From assembly GCA_039586365.1 (NCBI GenBank), contig JBDHKN010000077.1:1-21386 (forward strand): a stretch of 21,386 bases of DNA, in the 5' to 3' direction. Numbering within the stretch: position 1 is the first letter of the stretch; every line of letters starts with the position of its first letter. Below, one piece after another: positions 1-8,497 of this stretch. The position numbers and the translations under genes were made by a program. Under the pieces are notes generated by a model. It was not told the DNA's origin. It searched no databases and saw nothing but the letters and a program-made list of their open reading frames with translations. The DNA is from Gemmatimonadota bacterium. GTDB taxonomy: Bacteria; Gemmatimonadota; Gemmatimonadetes; Gemmatimonadales; GWC2-71-9.

Positions 1-106
1 AGTCCGGGACCGTCAGTGTCTCACACCCGCCCAACGCCAGGGCCACGGCAAGCGGGGCGAGGTATGCTAGTCTTGTCCTTGTCATCGTCTTAAACCTCGC
101 ACGCAT
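1..106 (-). CDS. RagB/SusD-family outer-membrane lipoprotein, N-terminal part only (runs off the window)
   Basis: Not in the ORF track. ATG at 106 (alternative 85), 2 nt after the susC-like stop, translates MRARFKTMTRTRLAYLAPLAVALALGGCETLTVPD: basic N-terminus, hydrophobic stretch and LGGC lipobox. The SusD call rests on its position directly after a susC-like gene. Confidence 0.8.
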   Translation of the reverse strand, partial: MRARFKTMTRTRLAYLAPLAVALALGGCETLTVPD

Positions 107-108
107 GG

Positions 109-3100
109 TTAAAAGCCCAGGTCGATCCCGAACCAGAAGCTTCGGGTCCGCGGGAACGGTGCCACGTCGATATTTCGGCCGACGCCTTGGTTGCCAAAGT
201 TGCTCACCTCGGGGTCCATTCCGGTGTACGTGGTAGAGGTGAACAGATTTCGGCCGCTCAAACTGAGCCGCCCATATCGCGCTGCCGGCCAGATCCCATT
301 GATGAACGACAGCGGCAGCTCGTACGACACGGTTAACTCACGCAACTTCAGATAGGTCGCGTCTTCGATGTACACCCTGATGTCGTTTCCGAACGTGGAG
401 ATCCGGTGCAAACCGATGGGATCGCCACTCTCCGGATCAATCTCGTCCCAGTCCTCAGTGTTACCACCGGCATCGTAGAGTAGCTTGGTCAGGTTCACGA
501 TTTGACTGCCTTGTTGCCAGTCAAACAGGAACGACACGTTGAAGCCCCTCCACCCGATGTCGTTACTGAACGACATGCGGAAGTCGGGGTTCGAGTCGCC
601 TACCTTCGCTACCTCGGTGCCGCCGCTACCGTCGGGCACATTGCCCACGATCTGGGTGACCGACTGGCCTTGCTCGATCTTGAACGAGCCGAGACCCGTG
701 CCGAATCCTGCGTTGGCCGGCAGGAACGCCGGAACCGGAAGCGTATCGACCTTGCTGCGATTCATCGAGAACGTGGTCCGGAGCAGCCACGTGATGTCGC
801 GCGACTGCACCGGCGCTAGAGCCACAGCAGCGTCAACACCGTTCACGTGCATTCGGCCACCGTTGAACGTCTCGGTCTGGAATCCCGAAGACGGTGCGAG
901 TTGCCGCTGCAGAATCAGGTCGCTCACGCGTCGGTGATAGACCGTCGCCTCCAGGCGCGCGCGCCCACTGAAGAGCGTGGCATCCAAGCCGCCTTCGATT
1001 TCCCGCTGGCGTTCCGGCTTGAGGTCGGTCACCACCACCGGTCCCTGCACCTGAAAGCCCGGGATACCGCCGATGTTCACGGTCGCGGTAAACGGGGTGA
1101 ACTTGGCGCCAAACACCGGCTGGTTGCCCGACTCACCGTACGCGGCGCGGAACTTGAGGTCTTCCAGGACGCTACTCCCGACATTCATCCTGTAGGAAGC
1201 CGCAGCCTTAGGGTATAAGAACAGATCGCTGTCGGCGGTGTTCGCCGAGGTCTGGTCTGCCGTGAAGCCTGCGGTCAGCAGCAGGCGATCGTCGATCAAG
1301 ACCTCCTCTTGCAGGTAGAACCCGAGATTCTCGGTGCGCTGCCGCAGCTCGTTCACCTGCACATTGGTCGCGGCATTCACGTTGCTCTGTCCCGGCACCG
1401 TTTCCTTACTCGTGATGCGGGACGTGTTGAGATCCGTCGTGGTGTAGGCTATGCCCCCAGACGTCGTCGAGGTGTAACGACCACTCGTCGGCGTAAACCT
1501 GTAGACAGCACTCCCATTCAGATTGACGTTTTCAACGTCGCTGTTGCTGAGCAACGAGGTTCCCCGCAGTCCATCGGTTGACCGCGATTCCTCGAACTGC
1601 AACTCGGGTGGGAAGAGCAGCTCGTTCTTCTGATGAAACTGATCCACGCCGCCGACACCGAGGAGCTGGAGGTTGTGGTTGGTGGAGCTGATCAAATCCC
1701 ACTCTATTCGCGCCGAGCCGATCAGCCGCCATACATTCTCGGCGCCATCCATCAGCGCAATCGTCTCGAGTGGGTTGCTCCGCTCGAACGGATTGTCGGG
1801 AAAGGTACCTGCGACATTGGCGCAGATCGGCCGTGGATCCGACTCCAAACACCGGTCGAGATCGAACACGTTTGGGGTGAAGGCATACACCATGAATGGG
1901 CTGACACCGGCGTTATCGTTGTTGCTGACACCACGCTGCGCCGAGGTGTGCATCAGGTTGGTGCTCAACTGCACCATGATTCGGTCGCCGAGTGCCTGAT
2001 CCAAATTCAGCCGCAGCGACTGCTTCTGGAATCCCGTATTCTCCATCACGCCCTGATCGTCCTTCCAGAGGCCGGAGGCAAAGTACCGGGTGTTCTCGTC
2101 GCCGCCGCTGACGCTCGCGGACGACTCGTAGGACAGTGCGTTCCGTGGCGAGAGAGCATCCTCGAGATCGTAGGAGACGCCGGGCTGGAAGTTGTACGCG
2201 GCTGCGGTCCCGGGAGCCAAACCAAACTCGTCATCGACGTCGCTCGCACTGCTGAAATCCTGTGGGCGAAAGCCCAACTTGTTGGCCAGGTCGAAGACGC
2301 CAAAGCGCTGCGTCACGTTGATTTGCGGGCGTCCCGATCGACCTCGCTTGGTGGTGATCAGGATGACGCCGCTGGAGGCCTGCGAGCCGTAGATCGCCGC
2401 CGCCGAAGGCCCCCTCAAGATCTCGATACTCTCGATGTCGCTGGGGTTGATGTCGACGATCCGGTTCACCTGGTTGTCCTGCGTCAGCGAGGGGTTCGAC
2501 CCCCCTGCTGCCGCTGTCACCGCGTTGGCGTTGGACGGGATCGCGACATCGCTCACAATCACGCCGTCGATCACATAGAGCGGCTGGGCCACCGCGTTGA
2601 TCGACGTCACGCCCCTGAACTCGACCTGCACACCGCCGCCCGGTGCACCGGAGTTGGACTGGATGTTGGCGCCGGCCACCTTGCCCTGGATCTGCTGTTC
2701 GACGCTGGCAGCCGGTACCCGTTCCACTTCTGCGGCACTCACCGTCGCCACGGCGTTTGCGAGGTTGCGGCGCTCTACTCCGGTGGCGCGACCGGTCACG
2801 ACCACCTCGTCGAGCTGTAAGACGTCCTCCTGCAGCTCGATGTCGAGCGTGTTCTGATTCGCGGGGACCTCGACCAGGTACCGACGATAGCCGATGCGCC
2901 GAATGAGCAGGCTCACCTGACCGGCGGGTACGCCGATCGAGTAGGTCCCGTCCTCACTCACCACCGCGCGGATCGTCGTGTTGAGCACGAGTAATTCGGC
3001 CCCCGCCATCGGTTGCCCGGTGGCGGCGTCCACCACGCGGCCGGTCACCACCCGGGTCTGCGCGGCAGCGTCCACCGTGACTCCTGAGAACAGCAACAGG

Positions 3101-3129
3101 AGTCCCATGAAAATGACCCTGAATCTCAT
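109..3129 (-). CDS. SusC/RagA-family TonB-dependent outer-membrane receptor (1006 aa)
   Basis: Start reassigned to ATG 3129 (MRFRVIF), preceded by AAGGAGGT. Signal peptide, carboxypeptidase-regulatory-like N-domain (VTGRVVDAATGQPM), TonB box LDEVVVTG, plug motifs PLYVIDGV and DIESIEILRGPSAAAIYGS..GVILITTKRG, late YIEDATYLKLRELTVSY and YTGMDPEV, C-terminal Phe. Confidence 0.96.
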   Translation of the reverse strand: MRFRVIFMGLLLLFSGVTVDAAAQTRVVTGRVVDAATGQPMAGAELLVLNTTIRAVVSEDGTYSIGVPAGQVSLLIRRIGYRRYLVEVPANQNTLDIELQEDVLQLDEVVVTGRATGVERRNLANAVATVSAAEVERVPAASVEQQIQGKVAGANIQSNSGAPGGGVQVEFRGVTSINAVAQPLYVIDGVIVSDVAIPSNANAVTAAAGGSNPSLTQDNQVNRIVDINPSDIESIEILRGPSAAAIYGSQASSGVILITTKRGRSGRPQINVTQRFGVFDLANKLGFRPQDFSSASDVDDEFGLAPGTAAAYNFQPGVSYDLEDALSPRNALSYESSASVSGGDENTRYFASGLWKDDQGVMENTGFQKQSLRLNLDQALGDRIMVQLSTNLMHTSAQRGVSNNDNAGVSPFMVYAFTPNVFDLDRCLESDPRPICANVAGTFPDNPFERSNPLETIALMDGAENVWRLIGSARIEWDLISSTNHNLQLLGVGGVDQFHQKNELLFPPELQFEESRSTDGLRGTSLLSNSDVENVNLNGSAVYRFTPTSGRYTSTTSGGIAYTTTDLNTSRITSKETVPGQSNVNAATNVQVNELRQRTENLGFYLQEEVLIDDRLLLTAGFTADQTSANTADSDLFLYPKAAASYRMNVGSSVLEDLKFRAAYGESGNQPVFGAKFTPFTATVNIGGIPGFQVQGPVVVTDLKPERQREIEGGLDATLFSGRARLEATVYHRRVSDLILQRQLAPSSGFQTETFNGGRMHVNGVDAAVALAPVQSRDITWLLRTTFSMNRSKVDTLPVPAFLPANAGFGTGLGSFKIEQGQSVTQIVGNVPDGSGGTEVAKVGDSNPDFRMSFSNDIGWRGFNVSFLFDWQQGSQIVNLTKLLYDAGGNTEDWDEIDPESGDPIGLHRISTFGNDIRVYIEDATYLKLRELTVSYELPLSFINGIWPAARYGRLSLSGRNLFTSTTYTGMDPEVSNFGNQGVGRNIDVAPFPRTRSFWFGIDLGF

Positions 3130-3425
3130 GAAAACACCTCCTTGTGATGAGACCAACTTGAGAAGAAACTCCCGTCGCTCCGGTCGAGGGCGAAGGAGTC
3201 GGGGTCCCAGTTGTTGTAGTAGGTAAAAGTGCCAGGCGCGTGGCTGTCCCGTTCCGGCCACGCGTGTTTCATCGACTGACTCTCGGAGGCGGCTTCGTGG
3301 TAGCTGCCCGACCAGGTCTGCAACGGGTGCTCGACCGTGGTCTGTTGTTCGGAGTCGGTGAGTGAGGGTGGCACCGAGTCGTCAATGCCGAGTTGGGCCC
3401 GGCGACCGCTAGGAGAGCTGGCCAT
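3126..3425 (-). CDS. Possible small upstream ORF / leader peptide (99 aa, or 48 aa from ATG 3272)
   Basis: Its TGA overlaps the susC ATG (ATGA). 18 consecutive codons (ACC TAC TAC AAC AAC TGG ... GAC GGG) end in G/C. No recognisable family; only a weak SD (GAGAG) before 3272. Confidence 0.35.
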   Translation of the reverse strand: MASSPSGRRAQLGIDDSVPPSLTDSEQQTTVEHPLQTWSGSYHEAASESQSMKHAWPERDSHAPGTFTYYNNWDPDSFALDRSDGSFFSSWSHHKEVFS

Positions 3426-3538
3426 ATGAGAAGCCCGGTGAGGGCCGAGGCTGTGCGCCCGCTTCTCGTGATTGGTCTCGCGCTCACCGGTCCGGACTCC
3501 TCCACCTTGTCCCTGCTGCCGCTGACACTATCAATGAT

Positions 3539-3567
3539 AACTATATATATACGTCATACGGAATCAA
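3539..3567 (-). promoter_or_regulatory. Putative sigma70-type promoter for susC with overlapping palindromic operator
   Basis: Minus strand TTGATT (3567-3562), N16, TATAGT (3545-3540). Near-palindrome AACTATATATATACGT at 3539-3554 overlaps the -10. Confidence 0.45.
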
Positions 3568-3676
3568 AGGTGCCGCGGTTTCGGGGAGCCCTGCGTTCGC
3601 GACGGAGATGCGACTCGGCTGATCCGTAACAGCTGACAGCGACGTTCACTTCGTCAAGAATCTATAAACTAAGACA

Positions 3677-3689
3677 AATCAATCACTTA
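3677..3689 (+). promoter_or_regulatory. IHF-consensus binding site
   Basis: AATCAATCACTTA matches WATCAANNNNTTR exactly and follows an A/T-rich tract (3661-3676). Confidence 0.4.
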
Positions 3690-3934
3690 GGAGATGAGCG
3701 AATACGACTTGCCGCTCCGGCGGAGCCTCGCTGATCCCTGCGTGCAGGCCGAGTGGCCTAGACCCAATGGCGGCCCTGAGGTCGGAAAGCGAGGGCCATG
3801 GATTGGAACTGGCGTACAGCGTTGTTGTCACACTGTCGCGAAGACCGGCCCGTCACGGTCGGGCCACGACGCGTGTGCTGTTCCGGGCAGTAGGTTGCCG
3901 AGCAGTCGTGTCAGTGAGAACAAGCATTGCGGAC

Positions 3935-4870
3935 TCACCTATTGGATCGTCCCACTACACGCCAACTCGGCCGCCCGTCGAAACCGGGATGGTCGGTGAG
4001 CCGCCGCGGATCGCTACCGTCGGTCTTCATGACGTAGATCTCGAAGTTCCCATCCCGACTCGTCTGAAAAGCGATCTCCTGCCCATCCGGTGACCAGCAG
4101 GGGTATTCGCTGACGCCGTCTGCATGGGTCAACCGTGTGTCTCCGGTTCCATCCGGGTTGCTGACGTGGATGTCCGCGCCGGGATTCGGCGGGGGGGTCG
4201 CAGTAGCGTACACGATCTTCTGCCCATCCGGCGACCAGGATGCGAAGGCCACCCCTTCAGGGAGGTTGGGGACCTTGCGCTGGTTGCTCCCATCGCTATC
4301 CATCACATAGAGTTCGAACCCGCGCGAGACGGACACCGCCAGAATCAACCTGCCATCTGGGGAGAGGTTGGACCGCATATAGCGGATCGAGCCATCCGTC
4401 AATTGCTGGAAATCGCTGCCATCGGTGGTGACGGAGTATAGCGCAAACTTGCCGTCATCCAGTCTCTTGCGGAAATAGATGCGTGCACCAGTTGGTGACC
4501 AGGTGGGTTCGCCTTCGGCCCCCGGCGAATCTGTCAGACGGTGTTGGTCACCACCCTCGATCCCCATCAGGTAGATATGGTCAGTGCCAGCGCGATCGGA
4601 GACGAACACGATCTGCGAACCGTCAGGTGAGATCTCCGGAGCCACGTTGGAGGCAGAGTTGTCGGTGAGCTGGGTGCGCCCGGTTCCGTCGGCGTTCATG
4701 ACATAGATCTGGCTGGTGCCACCATCACTGGAATGGAAGGCGATCTTCTGTACGCTCGCGGATTCCTGCCCGGTCTGGCCGTTGAGCGACGCGGTCATTA
4801 ACGCCAGCGAAAGCAGAGCGGCAACGCCGGACGGGAAAGCTCGCACCAAAACAATGGACCGGACGTTCAT
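3935..4870 (-). CDS. Secreted TolB-like beta-propeller protein (PD40 repeats)
   Basis: Signal peptide, then repeated P.WSPDG..I.F.S and IYVM..DG....LT units (QIYVMNADGTGRTQLT, PCWSPDGQEIAFQTSRDGNFEIYVM). No TolB N-terminal domain and no tol-pal context. Confidence 0.9.
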   Translation of the reverse strand: MNVRSIVLVRAFPSGVAALLSLALMTASLNGQTGQESASVQKIAFHSSDGGTSQIYVMNADGTGRTQLTDNSASNVAPEISPDGSQIVFVSDRAGTDHIYLMGIEGGDQHRLTDSPGAEGEPTWSPTGARIYFRKRLDDGKFALYSVTTDGSDFQQLTDGSIRYMRSNLSPDGRLILAVSVSRGFELYVMDSDGSNQRKVPNLPEGVAFASWSPDGQKIVYATATPPPNPGADIHVSNPDGTGDTRLTHADGVSEYPCWSPDGQEIAFQTSRDGNFEIYVMKTDGSDPRRLTDHPGFDGRPSWRVVGRSNR

Positions 4871-5007
4871 CGATCTTTCCCCCCACGCGAACGAGTTGCG
4901 ATTCTCCGTACACCACCGGTGCAGACACGATCCATGAAGCCGGAGACCTTGGCCGCGGAGCCACCTGCGACGAGGGACAGCTAACGATGGCCCGCTCCCC
5001 CGTATTC

Positions 5008-5145
5008 CGGACTGCCTGACTTGGGACGGTGCTATTCCGAATCCAGGAGGTCATCGTGGGACGGCAGAGTCGGTTTCATTTAGAGCAGATCGTGAAGCTC
5101 CCTCAATAGCAGGAGACGACAACCTATCGCGAGCTGCCACTTTGA
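5008..5145 (+). mobile_element. Degenerate IS3-family (IS407-like) relic: left end and start of OrfA
   Basis: AGGAGG at 5045-5050, then GTG 5056 translating MGRQSRFHLEQIVKLPQ*QE, resembling the IS3-family OrfA N-terminal pattern (MK.SRF.EEQI..IL...E). In-frame TAG at 5107-5109; similarity decays afterwards. CGGACTGCC at 5008 may be an eroded IRL. Confidence 0.5.
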
Positions 5146-5167
5146 ACAGCAGGCTGTTTGGCGAGAG

Positions 5168-6295
5168 CTATGGTGCTTTTCCCCTGGGTGCAGCAGCGGC
5201 GCTCGAGCTGGTCTTCGGGGGACCGTTCCCCAGCAGCGACCAGATCAGCTCGATGTTCCGGTGATGGTAGTCGGTCCCCTCGTACTCATAGGTAACCTCA
5301 CGGAACGCCGGGAACCGATCCCGTAGTTGCAGTCGATCGTAGAGTGCTGCCAGATCGAGTCCCTGCGAACGGCCCACCCGCACTTCCTGCCACAGTGTCC
5401 GGACATACCGCTGCGCCTGCCGGAAGTAGGCGAGTGAAAGGTCCAGATCCCAGTGACCATTAACGATGTGGTGCAGCTCTTCGTCGCGTTGCAGGATGGT
5501 ATCCCAGTGGGCGAGCATCGACGGAACGTCCACGTCGTCACCTTCAGACAACGTTGGAATCCAGCTGTCGGTGAGGATGTCACCGGTCACAAGGAGTGCT
5601 TCTTCTGGAACATGGACGACGATATGGTCTTTGCTGTGCAGCCCACCGAAGTAGTACATGCGGACGGTCAAGTCGCCCAGGTTGAGGGTTAGACGCTGTG
5701 AGAAGGTCACTTTCGAAACAGTCAGTTGGAAACCTGATTCGAGGTCCGCTACGATCTGGCGGAGGTAGCGGACCTGTTCGTCGATCGACGCCGCCTCCGG
5801 ATCATTCGCCGGCACCGACCCCAGCCGCTGCACCAGTCCGTCGAGCCGCAATCTGCGACGCTCTATGAAGCCGTCCAGATTGTCAGCGTGCAACGCGCTC
5901 CGGAGCAACCCCGGACAGCGGTCGTGTGCAACGATCACCGCGTCATCAAAGACCTGGTTCCCACCGCCGTGATCGGTGTGTCCATGCGTATTGATCACAA
6001 AGGCAAAATCATCCCGCTGGAATTCCCGCGCGATAACGTCTCTGATCTCCGCCGTGACGCTCCAGGAACTCTCCGTATCCACCACTACTATCCCCTGCTC
6101 GGAGGCGATGGCGATCATCGTGGTGGTCTGGGCATGATCGCCGGGCCAGACTACCAGCACGCGGTCGCTCAGGCGTCGGGTGTGAATAGCAAGCACGTCT
6201 GCCTGTGAACTTGCGACTGGGACGGGAACGAGTAGCAGAGGGAAGCAACAAGCTGCCAACCGCACGAGTCTGCGAGCGCTACTCTTGGTAGTCAT
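5168..6295 (-). CDS. Secreted metallo-beta-lactamase-fold hydrolase (375 aa)
   Basis: Start reassigned to ATG 6295 (MTTKSSARR) with GGGAG SD. Signal peptide, IVVVDT, INTHGHTDH (HxHxDH), GLHSKD, LLVTGD, IVNGH; helical insertion after motif 2. Confidence 0.92.
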   Translation of the reverse strand: MTTKSSARRLVRLAACCFPLLLVPVPVASSQADVLAIHTRRLSDRVLVVWPGDHAQTTTMIAIASEQGIVVVDTESSWSVTAEIRDVIAREFQRDDFAFVINTHGHTDHGGGNQVFDDAVIVAHDRCPGLLRSALHADNLDGFIERRRLRLDGLVQRLGSVPANDPEAASIDEQVRYLRQIVADLESGFQLTVSKVTFSQRLTLNLGDLTVRMYYFGGLHSKDHIVVHVPEEALLVTGDILTDSWIPTLSEGDDVDVPSMLAHWDTILQRDEELHHIVNGHWDLDLSLAYFRQAQRYVRTLWQEVRVGRSQGLDLAALYDRLQLRDRFPAFREVTYEYEGTDYHHRNIELIWSLLGNGPPKTSSSAAAAPRGKAP

Positions 6296-6578
6296 CTTGT
6301 GGCTCCCGTTCTGCTCAATATTCGCGTACACTGCCGCTGCCACTGCTGCTGACGGTGCTGGAGTAGCAACGTCACCCACGGCCATTGCTGCTGTGGCACG
6401 GCTCGATCCACGATCAACGGACCTCAGGACGGCCGGACCGGGGCAGATTGGGATGCCGCCGAACGTAGAGCAACACAGACAGCGACACGCTCCTGCCCTT
6501 CCTGGCTGGCTAGATTTACCTACTCGCTCCACCCCGCGGAAGTGGACAATCATACGCACCGGTTCAGGAGGTTGCATC

Positions 6579-7460
6579 GTGACAGTCGTGCAGGAAGTCC
6601 TCGAATGGCAGCTGTTCACGCTGAGCGGCACACCGATAACGGTTGGCACACTGCTGATGGCAGCCTTACTCATCCTGGTCAGCTACGCGATATCCCGCGT
6701 CGTTCAACAGGTCATCTCCAGCACATTCGAACGACAGCAAGTAGAGGACCGAGGAACACTGCACGTGGCGCGGCGTCTGGTTCACTACCTCATCATGCTC
6801 GTGGGCATCGGCGTGGCGCTGGATACGGTTGGGATCCAGCTCACCGCGTTGTTCGCTGCCGGCGCGATCTTCGCGGTGGGAATTGGATTTGCCATGCAGA
6901 ACATCGCGCAGAACTTCGTCTCGGGCGTCATCTTGCTGATCGAGCGAACCATCAAGCCAGGGGATGTGCTCGAAGTGGAGAAGACGGTGGTTCGGGTGGT
7001 GCAGATGGGCATCCGTGCGACATTGGCCCGAACACGGGATGACGAAGACTTGATCATTCCCAACTCAGTCTTGGTGCAGTCGACCGTGAAGAACTACACC
7101 CTGCGCGATTCACTGTACCGCTTGCGCGTCCCGGTTGGAGTCGTCTACAGCTCCGATATGGCGTTGGTGTTCAAGACACTGAAAGCAGTTGCGGATCGAC
7201 AGGAGTGGCGACGCAGCGAGAAAGAGCCACTCGTGATGCTGACCACGTTTGGTAACTCATCGGTTGATTTCGAAGTGTCTGTTTGGATCAACGACCCGTG
7301 GTCTGCGCGACAAGCCATATCGAAGCTCCACGACGCGATTTGGTGGGCACTCAAGGATGTCGGTGTCACGATTGCTTTCCCGCAGCTCGACGTGCACTTC
7401 GACCCACCGGTGGTGGAATCCGTCCGGCGGTTGCGATCGCCCTCGCCTGCGACGAACTAG
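6579..7460 (+). CDS. mscS: Small-conductance mechanosensitive channel (MscS family, 293 aa)
   Basis: GTG 6579 with AGGAGG SD. TM segments, GIGFAMQNIAQNFVSGVILLIERTIKPGD, MGIRAT, LIIPNS, VGVVYSSD, FGNSSVDF, ITIAFPQ-like VTIAFPQLDVH. Confidence 0.93.
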   Translation: MTVVQEVLEWQLFTLSGTPITVGTLLMAALLILVSYAISRVVQQVISSTFERQQVEDRGTLHVARRLVHYLIMLVGIGVALDTVGIQLTALFAAGAIFAVGIGFAMQNIAQNFVSGVILLIERTIKPGDVLEVEKTVVRVVQMGIRATLARTRDDEDLIIPNSVLVQSTVKNYTLRDSLYRLRVPVGVVYSSDMALVFKTLKAVADRQEWRRSEKEPLVMLTTFGNSSVDFEVSVWINDPWSARQAISKLHDAIWWALKDVGVTIAFPQLDVHFDPPVVESVRRLRSPSPATN

Positions 7461-7493
7461 CTCGGTCGGGTCCGGCGGGCGAGATGGACTGAG

Positions 7494-7530
7494 GTCACGA
7501 GGTTCCGGTCCGGCAGGTGCTCGTGACTTT
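7494..7530 (+). terminator. Possible terminator hairpin between convergent genes
   Basis: GTCACGAG (7494-7501) / CTCGTGAC (7520-7527) followed by TTT. Large loop and short U-tract make it non-canonical. Confidence 0.3.
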
Positions 7531-7600
7531 GCTCTTGGGACCTAGCCAACGCACGGGTGGTGGCAAGAGACCATGCACGTTGCTGCTCTGCAGCCACCGC

Positions 7601-8122
7601 TCAGCGCGGCAGCTTGACGAGCGCCACCTCATCCACCCAGACCGTTCCAGCTCCGGTGACGACAACACTGAGAGCGACGTGATCCGGGTTCTGGCCCTCC
7701 TCCAAGAAGAAGGGAGTTTCTTGGGAGGTCCACTCCGTCGAGCCCGTGAGTGGGGCGTGCAGTGCTCGTGAGAAGAACGCGCCCACACCGGGAAAGCGAC
7801 ACCACATCTCGAGAAACACGTACCCCTCTACGCCCTCGGTCCGAAGTTGGGCCCGGTAGACCAGACGACTGTTATCCAAGTCGATATCGCCTACCTCGTA
7901 CAGTTGCACGGTTATGGAATCTGCGGTGCCAATCTTGAGTGATCCGGTCCCATCGCTCGTCGTCTGAGCATCGAAGGTCACGGCGCTAGTCATCACGACG
8001 CTGGCCAGGTCGGAGACCGGATTGCTGAACAGCACCTCCTCGGTCGCCGGGCGCTGTGAACAGGCCAGGAGAGCAGGGACTGTTAGTGAAGCCGCAATTG
8101 CCTGCGTGCCGTAGTATCGCAT
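7601..8122 (-). CDS. Hypothetical lipoprotein, probably a carbohydrate-binding-like beta-sandwich (173 aa)
   Basis: ATG 8122 with GGAG SD, LLAC lipobox. Patterns GTGSLKI, LRTEGVEG, LTGSTEW and GAGTVWVDEVAL resemble galactose-binding/CBM4_9-like jelly rolls (inference). Confidence 0.8.
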   Translation of the reverse strand: MRYYGTQAIAASLTVPALLACSQRPATEEVLFSNPVSDLASVVMTSAVTFDAQTTSDGTGSLKIGTADSITVQLYEVGDIDLDNSRLVYRAQLRTEGVEGYVFLEMWCRFPGVGAFFSRALHAPLTGSTEWTSQETPFFLEEGQNPDHVALSVVVTGAGTVWVDEVALVKLPR

Positions 8123-8296
8123 ATGGGTTCTCCGTTGTTGGTGCATTGCAGCGCCTAGAGCGGGGTGACCGTCATCGGGACCCCTCCACCGTCATTCATC
8201 TTACATCTTAGTATCGTCCGCAATACGGCAAGAACGAATTCACGCTGATGCTGGCGCCCAGTCGCAAATGCCCCGGCCGCGGATTGCGGCCCGAAC

Positions 8297-8470
8297 TCAC
8301 TCCACCCTCAGGGCCACAATCGGATCCACCTGCCTTGCACGCAGAGCTGGTATCAGACACGCCACCACCCCAGTGGCCACGAGGATCAGAGCGATGCCGA
8401 CGAAGGTCACAGGATCGATGAGCTCCACCTGGAACAACGCCGAGCCCAACAACCGAGCGAGCGCGGCATA
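8297..8470 (-). pseudogene. Orphan C-terminal fragment of an ADOP/FtsX-type ABC permease
   Basis: Not in the ORF track. Reads YAALARLLGSALFQVELIDPVTFVGIALILVATGVVACLIPALRARQVDPIVALRVE*. By hand, 24 of the last 54 residues are identical, ungapped, to the 13601..16057 permease C-terminus. No start codon before the upstream in-frame stop at 8555-8557. Confidence 0.88.
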
Positions 8471-8497
8471 ACCTGGCAGCGCGAGACGTGCAACCGG

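Noticed and set aside
1633..2820. 395-aa plus-strand ORF antisense to susC, and similar antisense ORFs (11204-11890, 13622-14461, 17291-18127, 19299-20018)
   Set aside because: Shadow ORFs opposite well-supported GC3-biased genes; no recognisable motifs.
3130..3261. N-terminal extensions in the ORF track for susC (3261), MBL (6673), MscS (6285), lipoprotein (10401) and second MBL (18388)
   Set aside because: Downstream starts have clear SD sequences and put signal peptides or TM segments at the N-terminus; the 6673 and 6285 extensions would overlap head to head.
3368..3381. GTGGCACCGAGTCG matches part of the SpCas9 tracrRNA 3' hairpin
   Set aside because: Only 14 nt, the closing GTGC arm is missing, and there is no cas gene or array; chance match.
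3694..3999. 101-aa plus-strand ORF with AGGAG just before the ATG
   Set aside because: SD is too close to the start, the translation is Arg/Pro/Cys-rich with no motif, and it overlaps the convergent propeller gene.
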